DNA from: a virus
Lineage: Duplodnaviria; Caudoviricetes
Reading direction: 5' to 3' (one strand)
DNA length: 64,000 nt
Virus record (IMG/VR): IMGVR_UViG_3300030616_000020
Location: 1-64,000 of that record
Shown here: positions 10,156-21,900 of the stretch, piece by piece
Numbering within the stretch: position 1 is the first letter of the stretch
Layout: the number at the start of each line of letters is the position of its first letter
The notes under the pieces: model-generated
Told to the model about the DNA's origin: nothing
The model's input: only the letters and a program-made list of their open reading frames with translations
Database searches by the model: none
Translations under genes and position numbers: made by a program

Positions 10156-11886
10156 ATGGCAAAGTCAGGAATTCATATAAAGCCTTCTAAAAGAGGAACT
10201 TTTACTGCTGCTGCTAAAAGACATGGCAAAAGTGTTCAGGGCTTTGCTAGTCAGGTTCTAGCCAATAAAGGAAATTATAGTCCTGCTATGGTTAAGAAAG
10301 CTAACTTCGCTCGTAATGCTTCCAAGTGGAAAAAAGAATTTGGAGGTTTTATTGACAATCAGCTTGGAGCAGAACTTATAGATACTCCTGTTGGAATGTT
10401 TCAATATGGTGGAGAACTTCCTTCAAAAGGAAAGGCTACTCAAGGTGGACTTGCTGCTAAAGCTAAACAACTTACTCCAAAAGATTATAACGAAGATGCG
10501 CTTAGACTTGGTATTGATGTAGAATATGAACATACCAATAATAAAGCACTTGCAATGAAGATCGCTATGGATCATTTGCAAGAGGACCCAAATTATTACA
10601 CTCAACTTCCTGATCCTGATAAAGCTGCACAGCAAGGTGCTGCTATGGAGGCTTTGGGAATGAAAAGAATGGGAGGAAATCTACCTGTATATAAGTGTGG
10701 TGGTAGAATGCGTGAGGATGGTGGAATGCTACCTATGTATCAGTGGGGTGGAACTTTTGGAAAAGGATCAAACGCAGTAAATCTCAATACCTCAATGCTT
10801 GCTGAGAGACACGAAGACCTTAAAAATCTCAAGTATCTCGATCTTCCTGACACTGATTGGGGAAGCCTTGCAATGAATATAGGTGGTGCTGCTCTTAGTG
10901 CATACGGTGGAGCAGGTGGAACTTTCGGAGGAAGGATTGGAGAAGGAGCGTCAGGAGCATTTGCAAACATTGGTTCTTCAGATATCGCAGGTTTGGGAAG
11001 TGCTATGATGGGAGCAGGAGCAAAAGGACTTGCAGGTGCTAACGTTGTAGGTGGACCTAGTACTCTTGATTATGCAATTACTTCAGGTGCTTTATCAGGT
11101 ATGGTCGGTGGTCAGCAACTCAGTAATCAATCAGGTATTGGTTATGGTGATGGAAAGGTAACTCTTCAGGACTATCTGAAGATGAAGAAGATGAAAGAGT
11201 TAGAAGAACAAGGTCAACTTGAAGATGGAGGACAGATTCCGCAAGAATCACCTTGGATAAACATCAGTAGTCAAGAAGATTACGACAGTTTATTTGGACA
11301 GATGATAGATGAGGAGAAAGAAGGATATCTTCCTGTCTATCAAGAAGGTGGACAATTACTTGGTTATCTTCCTGAATACGGTTTTGGATCATGGCTCGGA
11401 GACAATGCGGGAAAAATTCTTAAAGGAGTAGGTGGAGTTGTCTCAGTTATTCCGGGATTTGGACAGATTGCTGGACCTATTCTTATCGGTGCAGGAGCAG
11501 CTACAGATGCAATTGTAGGTCATGTTCGTAAAAAGAGGGCTGAAGAAGAACTCGAAACTGCTGAACAAAGAGAAGAAAAAATGGCAGGTATGCGTGATGA
11601 TGCAGAAAGATATCGTGCTGACTTTGATGCAAGTAAAAATATTTCTTACGGAGCTACATTTGAGATGGGAGGAGGATTGATGGAACAGATGTCTAGAAGC
11701 ATTCAGGCTCCTATGATTACAGAATACAGCTCTGGATCGAACAGTCATCAGGAAGGAGTAGGTGGAGTTCCTGTAGACGCTAAAGGAAATCCTGCAACAG
11801 TTAGTAGACAGTCTGCTGTAGGTCTTACTGAAAGAGGTGAGGTTACATGGAACGGATATGTATTTAGTGACAAGTTAACAACATAG
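10156..11886 (+). CDS. Virion cargo/ejection protein, N-part (basic N-terminal domain, DUF5661-like segment, xxGG repeats)
   Basis: IHIKPSKRGTFTAAA..KKANFARNA, GIDVEYEHT..IAMDHL.E.PNYY, Gly-rich hydrophobic segments, GEVTWNGYVFSDKL. Confidence 0.7.
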   Translation: MAKSGIHIKPSKRGTFTAAAKRHGKSVQGFASQVLANKGNYSPAMVKKANFARNASKWKKEFGGFIDNQLGAELIDTPVGMFQYGGELPSKGKATQGGLAAKAKQLTPKDYNEDALRLGIDVEYEHTNNKALAMKIAMDHLQEDPNYYTQLPDPDKAAQQGAAMEALGMKRMGGNLPVYKCGGRMREDGGMLPMYQWGGTFGKGSNAVNLNTSMLAERHEDLKNLKYLDLPDTDWGSLAMNIGGAALSAYGGAGGTFGGRIGEGASGAFANIGSSDIAGLGSAMMGAGAKGLAGANVVGGPSTLDYAITSGALSGMVGGQQLSNQSGIGYGDGKVTLQDYLKMKKMKELEEQGQLEDGGQIPQESPWINISSQEDYDSLFGQMIDEEKEGYLPVYQEGGQLLGYLPEYGFGSWLGDNAGKILKGVGGVVSVIPGFGQIAGPILIGAGAATDAIVGHVRKKRAEEELETAEQREEKMAGMRDDAERYRADFDASKNISYGATFEMGGGLMEQMSRSIQAPMITEYSSGSNSHQEGVGGVPVDAKGNPATVSRQSAVGLTERGEVTWNGYVFSDKLTT

Positions 11887-11889
11887 ATC

Positions 11890-13881
11890 ATGGCTAAAAA
11901 ACAGACATACGCTGATCGTGCAAAGGCTATTATGAATAAATACAAGCCTCGTCTTGGAGAAAAGTTTGACAAGGGAGACACACTCGCTTTGGAAGCTATG
12001 AACCAAGAGCTTACTGCTTTACAACAAGAACAGGAGCAAGCACGACTTGCTGAACAGGAAGCTGAAGCAGCTTTCCAAGATGAAGCAGTTCAGACTTTTC
12101 AGAACGGTGGTAAACTGACCAAAAAGCAAAAGAGTACTCTTTCAGTTCTTCTTGCCAATAAAAATACTCCGTTTGTTCAGAATATGCTTTCAGGAGTTGA
12201 TCAACGAATGGATGTAGGAACAAATGAACTTGGTCAACCTGCTGTCTTTCCTCGAAGATTTCCCGGTAGTGAGGAACCGAAGATGCAGAATCAAAGTATG
12301 CTTAGAGCCAGAGGACAAGAACCTGCTAATTATATTCCTTTCGGGGATATGAAATCAGCTCGTAAATTTAAAAGAAACGTTCCTAGAGTTCTTAATAAAC
12401 TTGAAGATCAACCTATCTTCGGTAAAGGTGGTTATGTATACGCTAACGGTGGTGGTCTTTTTACTCCTAAAGGTGGTCAGAATTTTTCAGAGCTTCCTGA
12501 CAGATTTGGTGAAACAACTACAGCTATGGCTCTGTCTAGAGAAACACCTTTTATTAGTAGTTTAACTGAAGGTCAGCGTGTTCCGTTAGCAAGAGGAGTA
12601 TTTAATACACAAGATGTTGTGTATCCTGCAAACCTTAGTCTTGAAGAAGCAGCTATGAATAGGAACTTTGTTCCTTTTGGAACTGAGAAATCTGCTCGTA
12701 AGTTTGTTCGTCAAGCACCTAGAGTTGCTGACAGAGTTGGCACAAAAAGATTTTCTGGTAGTGAGCGTCCTAATTTTTACGGTGGCGCACCGGTATCAGG
12801 ACCGTCAAATGTAAATCTACAAATGGCAGGTCCTATGGGTTATGCTATGGGTGGATTACTTCCCATGTATCAAGATGGTGGTGAAACATGGAATTTTAAT
12901 ACAGGACAAGGAGTTTTTAATGCTCCTCAACTTACTCCTTCACTTAATTATTTTGATCCTGCCACAGGCTCATATTCTCGTATTCCTGCTGGACAACAGC
13001 AACCGGGAGGTGGAGTAAGTTTTCAAGATAGAAATTTAATGGCTGCAAATAGAGATTTTCTTGGTCTTGCAGCAGCTAACACATCTCCTGTCAATCTTGA
13101 TTATACAGTACCTACTTCACTCGGAGGATATCAAGCACAAATGGGTGGAATTACTCCTGCTACAACTCCTCCCCCTGTTACTGGTGGTAACACGGATGAA
13201 CTGTTCAGATTTCGTGCGCCTTGGTGGGGAGCAGCAGCTACAGGAGTTGGAGCATTGCTTGCTAACAGACAACTAGATATTCCTGGTGGTATGGAAGGAG
13301 TAGAAGATGTCAGAGGACAAGAAGTAATGCCTCGTCTTGTTGATTATAGTAGAGGTCGTGAACAGACAATGCGTGAACGTGATTTAGCTCAGGGTATGGT
13401 TCGTCGTGCTGCTAAAGCAAGAGGAAGTCAACAAGGTGTAACTCAAAGCACTATTGCAGGAGCTACTGCCACTCAAAGAGGAGCAGGTGAAGCATTTAAC
13501 AAAAGTCTGGAAGGTGAAGCGAATGAGAATGCTCGGATCAGAAATCAGGCTGCTCAGTTCAATGCAATGCAGAGGGCAAGAGCTGGTGAAACAAATCTCA
13601 GAAATGCAATGCTGAGAAGTCAGTATGAACGTGAGAATGCTCTTATCAATGCTCAACGTAGAGATCAACAGATTTCTGGTGTACTCGGTGCTGTCACTGG
13701 TTACGGAAGAGACTTAATGGCTGCTGACAGAGATACTGGAATGCTACATTTGGCAACACCTGATAACTATAGAATGTTAGCAAGTCCGGATCAAAATACC
13801 TTGTTTAGAAGGAGATTTGGACTAAGTGATATTCCTTACAGGCAGTTTGTAGATACAGGTGATAAATTGCAAGACAAATAA
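11890..13881 (+). CDS. Virion cargo/ejection protein, C-part
   Basis: 663 aa, in frame with the previous ORF; xxGG motifs, an internal repeat, Ala/Gln coiled-coil C-terminus. Confidence 0.65.
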   Translation: MAKKQTYADRAKAIMNKYKPRLGEKFDKGDTLALEAMNQELTALQQEQEQARLAEQEAEAAFQDEAVQTFQNGGKLTKKQKSTLSVLLANKNTPFVQNMLSGVDQRMDVGTNELGQPAVFPRRFPGSEEPKMQNQSMLRARGQEPANYIPFGDMKSARKFKRNVPRVLNKLEDQPIFGKGGYVYANGGGLFTPKGGQNFSELPDRFGETTTAMALSRETPFISSLTEGQRVPLARGVFNTQDVVYPANLSLEEAAMNRNFVPFGTEKSARKFVRQAPRVADRVGTKRFSGSERPNFYGGAPVSGPSNVNLQMAGPMGYAMGGLLPMYQDGGETWNFNTGQGVFNAPQLTPSLNYFDPATGSYSRIPAGQQQPGGGVSFQDRNLMAANRDFLGLAAANTSPVNLDYTVPTSLGGYQAQMGGITPATTPPPVTGGNTDELFRFRAPWWGAAATGVGALLANRQLDIPGGMEGVEDVRGQEVMPRLVDYSRGREQTMRERDLAQGMVRRAAKARGSQQGVTQSTIAGATATQRGAGEAFNKSLEGEANENARIRNQAAQFNAMQRARAGETNLRNAMLRSQYERENALINAQRRDQQISGVLGAVTGYGRDLMAADRDTGMLHLATPDNYRMLASPDQNTLFRRRFGLSDIPYRQFVDTGDKLQDK

Positions 13882-13892
13882 AATATAAGATC

Positions 13893-15986
13893 ATGGCTAA
13901 CGGATACGGGGTTCGTCCAAGAGGATATGATGGATACGGTGGAGGATACCGTTCTACTTATCAATATAGACCGCAACAATCTGCTGCTGTTCAATATCAA
14001 TCATTTTATGATCCTGTTCCTGTAGATTTTCTTACTCAGAATATGGCACAGCATCAGCAAAGATACGATCAGGCTTTTGCAGGTGCATTAGCTGCTAAAG
14101 AAGCTGCTCTCCAAGAAGAAATTGCACTTGACGATCAAATCTACCGTAATGAATTGATAGGCAAGTCTATGCAAGATATGGACAAAGTTGCTCAAGAAAA
14201 GTATGGTGGTGACTATGGTCGTGCTGCAAAAGAAATAGCACGTAAGGTTACAGAACTTCGTTCTGATCCTTTCTGGCAAAGTTCTAAGTATCTTAAAGAA
14301 CAGCAGGTGGCACAGCAAAAATTTATGCTTGAGAATCCTAACGCACATCTTTACACAGATGTCTCAAAGATCGGAGCAGCAAATGTTGATCCTGAAACCG
14401 GAGAGTTCTTAGGAATTAGAAGTCCTGAAGAACTTACTTTTGAAGCTCAGAAGAAAGGTGATTGGCAGAAAAGTGTTGAAATGCAATTCGCTGACATCAA
14501 TCCGGATACTATTGCTCAAACTCTCGCTGATATTGGCATCGAAGGTTATAAAGGGATTAAACATATCAGACAAATCAAACCGGAAGACCTCGATACTCTT
14601 TTGAGAGAAAGACCTCAAATGGTTATGGCCTTCATGGAAAACAACCCTGATTTTGTTAATTCTAAGAGTCGTCTTGAGGGACTTACTTCAGATGAAATTT
14701 TCAATGAAGCTAAGAATTATATCATCGGTAATATCTCTGACAAGCCTTTCCGTGAAGAGAAACTTCAAGCTGTTAAAGATTGGGTTCTCGAAGATGAGAT
14801 GGCAAGAGCAAGAGCAGGAAACCCTGCTGACGGTATTGTTTTAGGTAATGCAAGTGAGTTTGTAGAACTCATGGTTACTAATCCTAATAAGGTTGCAAGG
14901 AATCTTAAGCAGACTAAGAGTGAGCTTAATAAAATGGCTGATGGTCCTCAAAAGAAAGCTTTACAAGCACAGTATGATAGAGATGTTGCAAACCGTGAGT
15001 TCTTGATTAACAGTGTACAAACATCTCCTTATGCTGTTGATTTTGATAGTTATTATGAAGATTATTCAAAATTTGTAGATGAAGGTCGTGCTGCTGAAGG
15101 ACATAAGAAACTTTCACGAGAAGAATTTGAAGATGAGGTATTTAATTCTGTAAGAGAAGGAAGAGAATCCGGTACTATAAAAGGTAAAGGAAGTTATCAA
15201 ACTCCTTACGGTGGTGGAAATATATCAGACAATTCTATGCAACAAGCAAGTCTTGCTCTGATAAAAGGTTTGAAAAAACTTACCGATGATGGTAAAATAT
15301 CAGTTAATGTAAATGTTCTTGGTGGAGAAACCGGAAGACAAGATGTTGATACTCATGTAGGTAGAATGAATAATGAGCTTACAGACTTCTGGAAAAGAAG
15401 TAACACTAGCTTTAGCGTTCCATACAGTGACATGCAAATAGGTGATATTCTTGAGAACGATAAGCGTTATAACGGTAAGAAAAGAAATACTCTACCAAGA
15501 GACCCAACCAAAGATCAGGTTCTTATTACTGACGGTACAATGGCAGCAAAGCCTGTATATCAGCTTAATCTTTATGATGAGAATGGTAAGCATCTCGGCT
15601 CTGAATTTATAAATCCGGATAACCCAACTATTGCAATGGGAAATGCAATGAACTCAGCTACAGAGATGCTTTCTAGTGGTGATCCCGTTAAGCAGAAGAT
15701 TGGTATCAACATGTTGAATAATCATGTCTTCGGACCTGCTATTCAAGCTGCTGAGATACATAAAAATCCCCAAGGTGGATTTGGTGTCGCATTTGCAGGA
15801 AGTGAGATTAAGTATGAAAGAGTTCCCGGTCAGGTAGATGCTGGATATAATCTCTATATCGAAGGTCCTAACGGAGAAAAAGATTACTTTGAGGATGAAA
15901 ATGGTAACATTTACAACCCAAAAACTGAAAGAGAAATTCAGCAAATACTTATAGGTGCTACTCTAGCAGAGCAACAAAATCCTTAA
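13893..15986 (+). CDS. Virion cargo protein preceding the RNA polymerase
   Basis: 697 aa, YQSFYDPVPVDF N-terminal motif, synteny with the crAss cargo/RNAP block. Confidence 0.6.
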   Translation: MANGYGVRPRGYDGYGGGYRSTYQYRPQQSAAVQYQSFYDPVPVDFLTQNMAQHQQRYDQAFAGALAAKEAALQEEIALDDQIYRNELIGKSMQDMDKVAQEKYGGDYGRAAKEIARKVTELRSDPFWQSSKYLKEQQVAQQKFMLENPNAHLYTDVSKIGAANVDPETGEFLGIRSPEELTFEAQKKGDWQKSVEMQFADINPDTIAQTLADIGIEGYKGIKHIRQIKPEDLDTLLRERPQMVMAFMENNPDFVNSKSRLEGLTSDEIFNEAKNYIIGNISDKPFREEKLQAVKDWVLEDEMARARAGNPADGIVLGNASEFVELMVTNPNKVARNLKQTKSELNKMADGPQKKALQAQYDRDVANREFLINSVQTSPYAVDFDSYYEDYSKFVDEGRAAEGHKKLSREEFEDEVFNSVREGRESGTIKGKGSYQTPYGGGNISDNSMQQASLALIKGLKKLTDDGKISVNVNVLGGETGRQDVDTHVGRMNNELTDFWKRSNTSFSVPYSDMQIGDILENDKRYNGKKRNTLPRDPTKDQVLITDGTMAAKPVYQLNLYDENGKHLGSEFINPDNPTIAMGNAMNSATEMLSSGDPVKQKIGINMLNNHVFGPAIQAAEIHKNPQGGFGVAFAGSEIKYERVPGQVDAGYNLYIEGPNGEKDYFEDENGNIYNPKTEREIQQILIGATLAEQQNP

Positions 15987-15988
15987 CT

Positions 15989-18900
15989 ATGCCTATTATA
16001 CCAATTTATAATCAGGAACAAGGGGGTATTGATCCTGCCACTGGACTTACGCCTACTTCTAGAACCAGAAGAAAACCTGTAATACCAACTAACCTTGTTA
16101 TGCCTGTACCGGAAGGACAGGAAAGTACGGCACTAGGTTATGGTGCTAGTGAGTATGAGAAGTATGTTCCCGGTGGTTCTGTGTTTATCAATGAAGGACT
16201 TCAAGATGCTAGAGCGCACGGTCAAGCTACTCTTGAAAAGTGGGGAAGAGGTATAACTAAATTTGCAGGTAAGACCGGTACTGCTGTTCTTGGTGGTACT
16301 GTTGGTGCTATTGTTGGGATTCCAGCAGCGATTGCAGATGGTTCATTCAACTCTATGTACGACAATACTTTTCAAGGTTGGATGGATCAGTTGAATGAAG
16401 GAATGGATAAACATCTTGCAAACTATTATACTAAAGAGGAACAAGAAGCAGGATTTTTAGAAAGTCTTGGATCAGCAAACTTTTGGGCGAATGATGTTCT
16501 TGGCGGTCTTTCTTTTACCGCAGGTGCAGTACTTAGTGAGATGGTATGGTCAGCTACAGGTGCAGGAATAGCAGGTGCGCCAGCTCGTCTTGCAAGGGCT
16601 GGAAGGTATATGAAGAATATCGACAAAGGGGTAGATGCTATAAAACAAATCAAAAATGTTTCAAGAGTTACAAAAGTTGGTGATGTTGGTCGTGTAGCTC
16701 GTCAAATGTATACTGGTGCAGGATATGAAGCAGGTGTTGAAGCTCGTCATCATAAGAAAGAGCTTATGGACAAGCTTATGGAAGAGTGGAGAGCTAATAA
16801 TCCCGGTAAAGAACCTTCGACAGAAGACATTATTCGCATGAATGATATGGCAACTACTTCTGCAAATGGAGTGTTTGCTGCAAACGGATTTATTGTTGGA
16901 ATGTCTAATATGATTGCGCTTCCAAGAATTTTTGGTCCCGGAATCAACAGTCAAATTAAAGGATTTTCCCGAATTTCAAAGCAGTTAGAAGATGTCGGAG
17001 ATGCTTGGAAAGTAGCATTTACACCTGCTTACAAGGATGCTTCTACTCTTGCAAAGATTGCTAGTGCATCTTATGTAACGCTCAAGAATCCTTTTGTTGA
17101 AGGTGTGTGGGAAGAAGGTATGCAGGGTGTTGCTAACAATACTATGCTTGATTATACCACAAAGAAATATAATCCTAATGCAAGTAATTCTGTAGCAAAT
17201 CTTGCTGAATCTTTTGGTGAAGGTCTTGCAGAAACTTATGGTGGAAAAGAAGGTTGGAAAGAGATCGGGATTGGTATGATCATAGGTAGTATTGGATCGC
17301 CTAATTTGAGAGCATTTAAACGTGATCGAGAAACAGGAAGGATTATAAAACAGGCTGATCAACCGGGATGGACAGGTGGTATTCCGGGAGAAATTCAAGA
17401 GAGGAGAAAAAGGAGAGAAGAAGCTGAGACCCGTGCAACAGCAGCTAATAATGCTACAAAGGACATCTTGTTTGATTATACTGAACAGTATGTTAAAGAT
17501 AATCCTGAAGCTGTCGCTGCATCCAGAAAGGCAACTGAACATCTTATTCGTCAAGCTTACTTAAACGAAGAGATGGATAAGGCCATTGCCGAAGAAAACA
17601 CACATGAGGCAAAAAATGTTGAATCTGATATGATTCATAGTTATATCATGTCTCGCATCGACGCTGGATATGGTTACGCTCTCAAAGACGAGTTTTCAAA
17701 GATGGTGGAGGATATGTCTGATGAAGAATTTGCTCAAGTTTTTGAATATGAAAGTTTACCTGAATCTGAAGTAGCAAAACGCAAAGCAGATACTCTTGAG
17801 AAATTTAATGAAAGAGTTGAACAGACTCAAAAGATTGTAAATCTTGTTGATAATGTATATCGTGCAGACCTTACTGTTCCTGAGAATAGAGATATTCGTG
17901 AATCTTTAATCTATGCTGGTGGTACTATTATAGATGTAGAAGCAAGAGAACAACAGCTTGCCAATGAAATCTCAGAGGCTACTGAAAACGAAGTTACTTA
18001 CGATAGAGAGCAAAGAGGAGAACAGTATAAGGAAACGTTTCGTAAAGAGGTTATGGACGCTATCAAAGATCGTCCTGATGCTGAGAAAAATGAAGTAAAG
18101 AAAAAGATTAATGATTTAGAGAAGCTTCAAAGGCGCAGGGAACTTTTCCTCGAACAGTATAATCATCTGTTTACTGCGAAGGGACAGAAAGAATATGCTG
18201 ATATTCTTAATGGTACTAGAGAAAAACAAGACCAAGCTTACTATGATGAAGTCGGTAAATATTTTGAAGGAACTGTTACTATAGTTGATGGCAATACAGG
18301 GAAACAGTATAAGAAATGGGATAAGTCTGATGGTACTTCGATTATCGAAGAGATTGATCCTGAAAATCCTGATCAGACTCTTAAAGACACTCAAGAAGTT
18401 GTCAATGTCAAATCCAGAGAATTTATTGAACGTTTCGTTCTTATTGAACCTGCAAAACCCGGAGAGAGAACTTTAGATGAAGATGAGTCTAAGAGGCTTA
18501 TAAAGAGACTTAACGAGTTTAAGGACCCTGATGAACTTGCAGATTTTATCAATAATGAGATTAAACCTTTAAACCTTGCTAACATTGATCTTGTCAAGCG
18601 TGAAGCAGCTAAAATGTGGAAGAAGCTGACTGACAAGAAAATGGATACCGATGATGCTGTTCCTGTCAGGTATGTTGACAAAAAATATATTCATAAGGAT
18701 TCCAAGAAAACTGTCATTGTAACCAAGGACAATGAGAAAGAGGATACTTATTATATCCACGATGTTGTAAACGGTAAGAAATCCAAAGGTCGTCAAATTA
18801 CTACCAACTTAGCTAACCTTAACGAGAACTATATTTTTAAGGGAGCATGGACTGATTATACCAATCGTCTTGACAGAATAGAGAACCTTGAGAATATTAT

Positions 18901-21900
18901 TGAATCAAAGCAAGCTCTCCTAGATAAAGAAAGAAAAGAAGGAAAGAGTTATCGTAAGCGTCTTAAAGACCTTAAGGCTGAGTACGACATGTATATGAAG
19001 AAACTCCTGCAACGTAAAGGAGATGGTCGTGCTACGAAGAAAACTATTTCTGAAACTCAGACTCTTATTGATCAAACTGTAGAGTTGATCAATGAAGTTC
19101 AGGATAAGATTGATGCTTCTGTACAAGCTCAGATTAAATTAAAGCAGGATCAGAATTTTTATGTACAGCGTTTAGCTGAAGAGGATGCTAATACTGAGAG
19201 TCTTAACCAAGCTATAAATGCAGTCGAAGATGAGATTCGTGAGAATGAAGAAATCATAGGTGCTTGGCAGAAAGTTGTTAACGAGCTTAAGAACTTGATG
19301 AATAAGCTCCTCAGGATGTTCAATGTTTCTAAGATGTGGACTCCTGATGCTGTTTCAAAGAAACTTACAGAATATCGTCATGCTGTAGAACGTGAGATTC
19401 AGAATGCACTAAAACCACCGGGAGAACGAGTGCAGCTAGGTGCTGCTATTAAAGCTCTAAGAGATAATGAGGATGTTATCAAACGGAGAGTTTCTGCAAA
19501 AAAAGGTGCAATTCAACGTGAGATCAATCGTGGTGTAGAAGCAGAAGGAGAATATTGGGTTGCTCGTGGTAAGATGGAAAGTGCTGAGAATCAGATCACT
19601 TTATTTGAACAAGCTAACGATCAGCTTTTTGAAAAACTCGATTTGCTCGAACAGGAACAAAACGCTCTGGATGAACTATACCAACGAAGGAAGAGAACTG
19701 TAGAAGGTGTTATTAATCATCCTCAGGTAAAAGAAGAAAGTAGAGCTGAGAATGAGATCGAGCAGGTCTATCAGGATAAGAATATTGATCCTCCTTCTGA
19801 AAGTACTACCAACAAAGAAGAGAGCAAGACTCTTTGGGAAAGTGCAAAACGTAAGCTTGAACATGTGTTCTCCGGTCTTACTGGAAAACATACTGATCGA
19901 GAAGGAAATTTAACTCAAGATGTTAATCAAAGAAGGTATTATCGTTGGACAAGCAAGACTGATATTAAAGGTGGAGATTACTATGTTAAGATAATCAAAG
20001 CTTTTGATGAAGATGAAGCTAAGATTATAGAAGCAGGTTATAACTTTAAAGAAGCTCTTGTTGCTGTTGTTGTTGACAAAGACGGTAATTATATAACTGA
20101 ACAAGGAGTCATCAATAAGAATGAAGCTACTCCTAGTTCTATTAGAAATCTTGGTATCTGGACATCTTTTCCACTTCCTACTTACAGTACAAACGAATTT
20201 GAGAAAACATTTCGTAAGAAGCATGAGACTAAAGAAGAAGAGATAGCTTATGAACAGAAAAAACAAAATCTGATTACTGCTCATAAGGCTCTTAGAGAAA
20301 AGATTACAGATCATTTGGAGAATGACAGAGAAGTTATTTTTCAACTTGTGGATAAAGCAGCAGGTATTCCTAACGAAGATTTGCCAACTGAGGAAGGACA
20401 TGATCCGGATCATATTCTAATTAGAGATTCTTTTGGTCACGATAACGTAACTCTACAGGTACAGACACTTCCTTCAATGTCTATAGGAGGAACTGTAATT
20501 ACCACTTCTAAGCTAGGTCATACTTTTGTTAAGGATAACGAAACAGGAAATGTTCTCGAAACACGTTCACGAAGACTGAACGATCAGGAAATAGATGTAG
20601 TTGTAAAACTGTTTCAACTTCTTGCAAAGAATAGTACCATTGATCAAAGTGGTATGATCCATTCAGATAATGCAACTGTTCTTAAAACCTCGAACGGAAC
20701 TGTTATCTACAAAAATATGTTTGAGTATCTGAGTCCTTATCTGTATTGGACCGGAGATAATTTTACCAAAGACAGTAACGGTGAGATTGTAGATGTCAAT
20801 GAGAATCCGAATACTCTCTTCCATTTTCTTAGAAGACATGAGGGAGTTAGTGTAGCAGGTGGTTATCTTCAATTGGGACGCAAAGCATATCAGCTTTTTG
20901 TCAAAGATGGAGACAATGTACTTCTGAATGAAGCACTTGTGAATCAACAGGGAGAGGGAGCATTGGTAGACTTTCTCAGAAGCAAATATATCAATGTAAG
21001 TTCTCCACTACTTATAGCAAATGAAAGCTTTGAAGAAATCGTTGATGTAAATGAAGATGGTACAATTGTAACAAGACCTCACGACAGTTATCAAGAATAT
21101 CTGATGGACAATGTTCTTGGAGTATCTGTACCACCTGTTACTACAGAGACTTTCCGTGATGAAGATGGAAATGAGGTTGAAGAAGAAGTTCCTCAAATGC
21201 TTAACCAGTATGCAATCTATAAAGCTACTGACGATTTTGTATCTGAGGAAACTACTGTTCCACGTAGAGAAATGCCTTCTACTACGTATGATAACTGGAA
21301 AAATTTAAAACCGGGAGATCGTATTAACATTGATGTTGTACAGGAAGGAACTAACAACACTCTTAGATCAGCAGTTCTTGAAATGCAGGATGATACGAGC
21401 TTCATCATTATCGAAGGTGAGATTCACGAAGACATGGTTAACAATATGTCTAGAATTATTAATAGTGAAGCTCCATCAAAACAGTTTGCTATACTCAATA
21501 GTGGTCTTAAGAAAGTAAGTAATGCTCAAGTTGCTATTTCTGATGTAGTTCAACCTACTGTTAAACCTGCTCCTGAAGTTAAGACTGAAGAGACTGCACC
21601 AAAAGAAGGCAGAAAGCCACGTAGATTGAGCAATAAGAAGGGTTCTAACCGTAAACTATACAGGAGTCCCACTGCGGATGAAAGAGGTGTAGAACAGCTA
21701 GAAGAAGCTGAGAAATGGTTTAAAGAACGATTTCCGAATGTTGATTTTGAAACTGTTCGACATCTTATTGATGGTAAACATCATGGACAGTTACGTGATG
21801 CTGCTGTATACATCTATGAAAATGCTGAAGTAGGTACAACTTATCATGAAGCATTTCACGTAGTAACTCAGATGTTCTTGAATCGTGCAGAACGTAGAGC

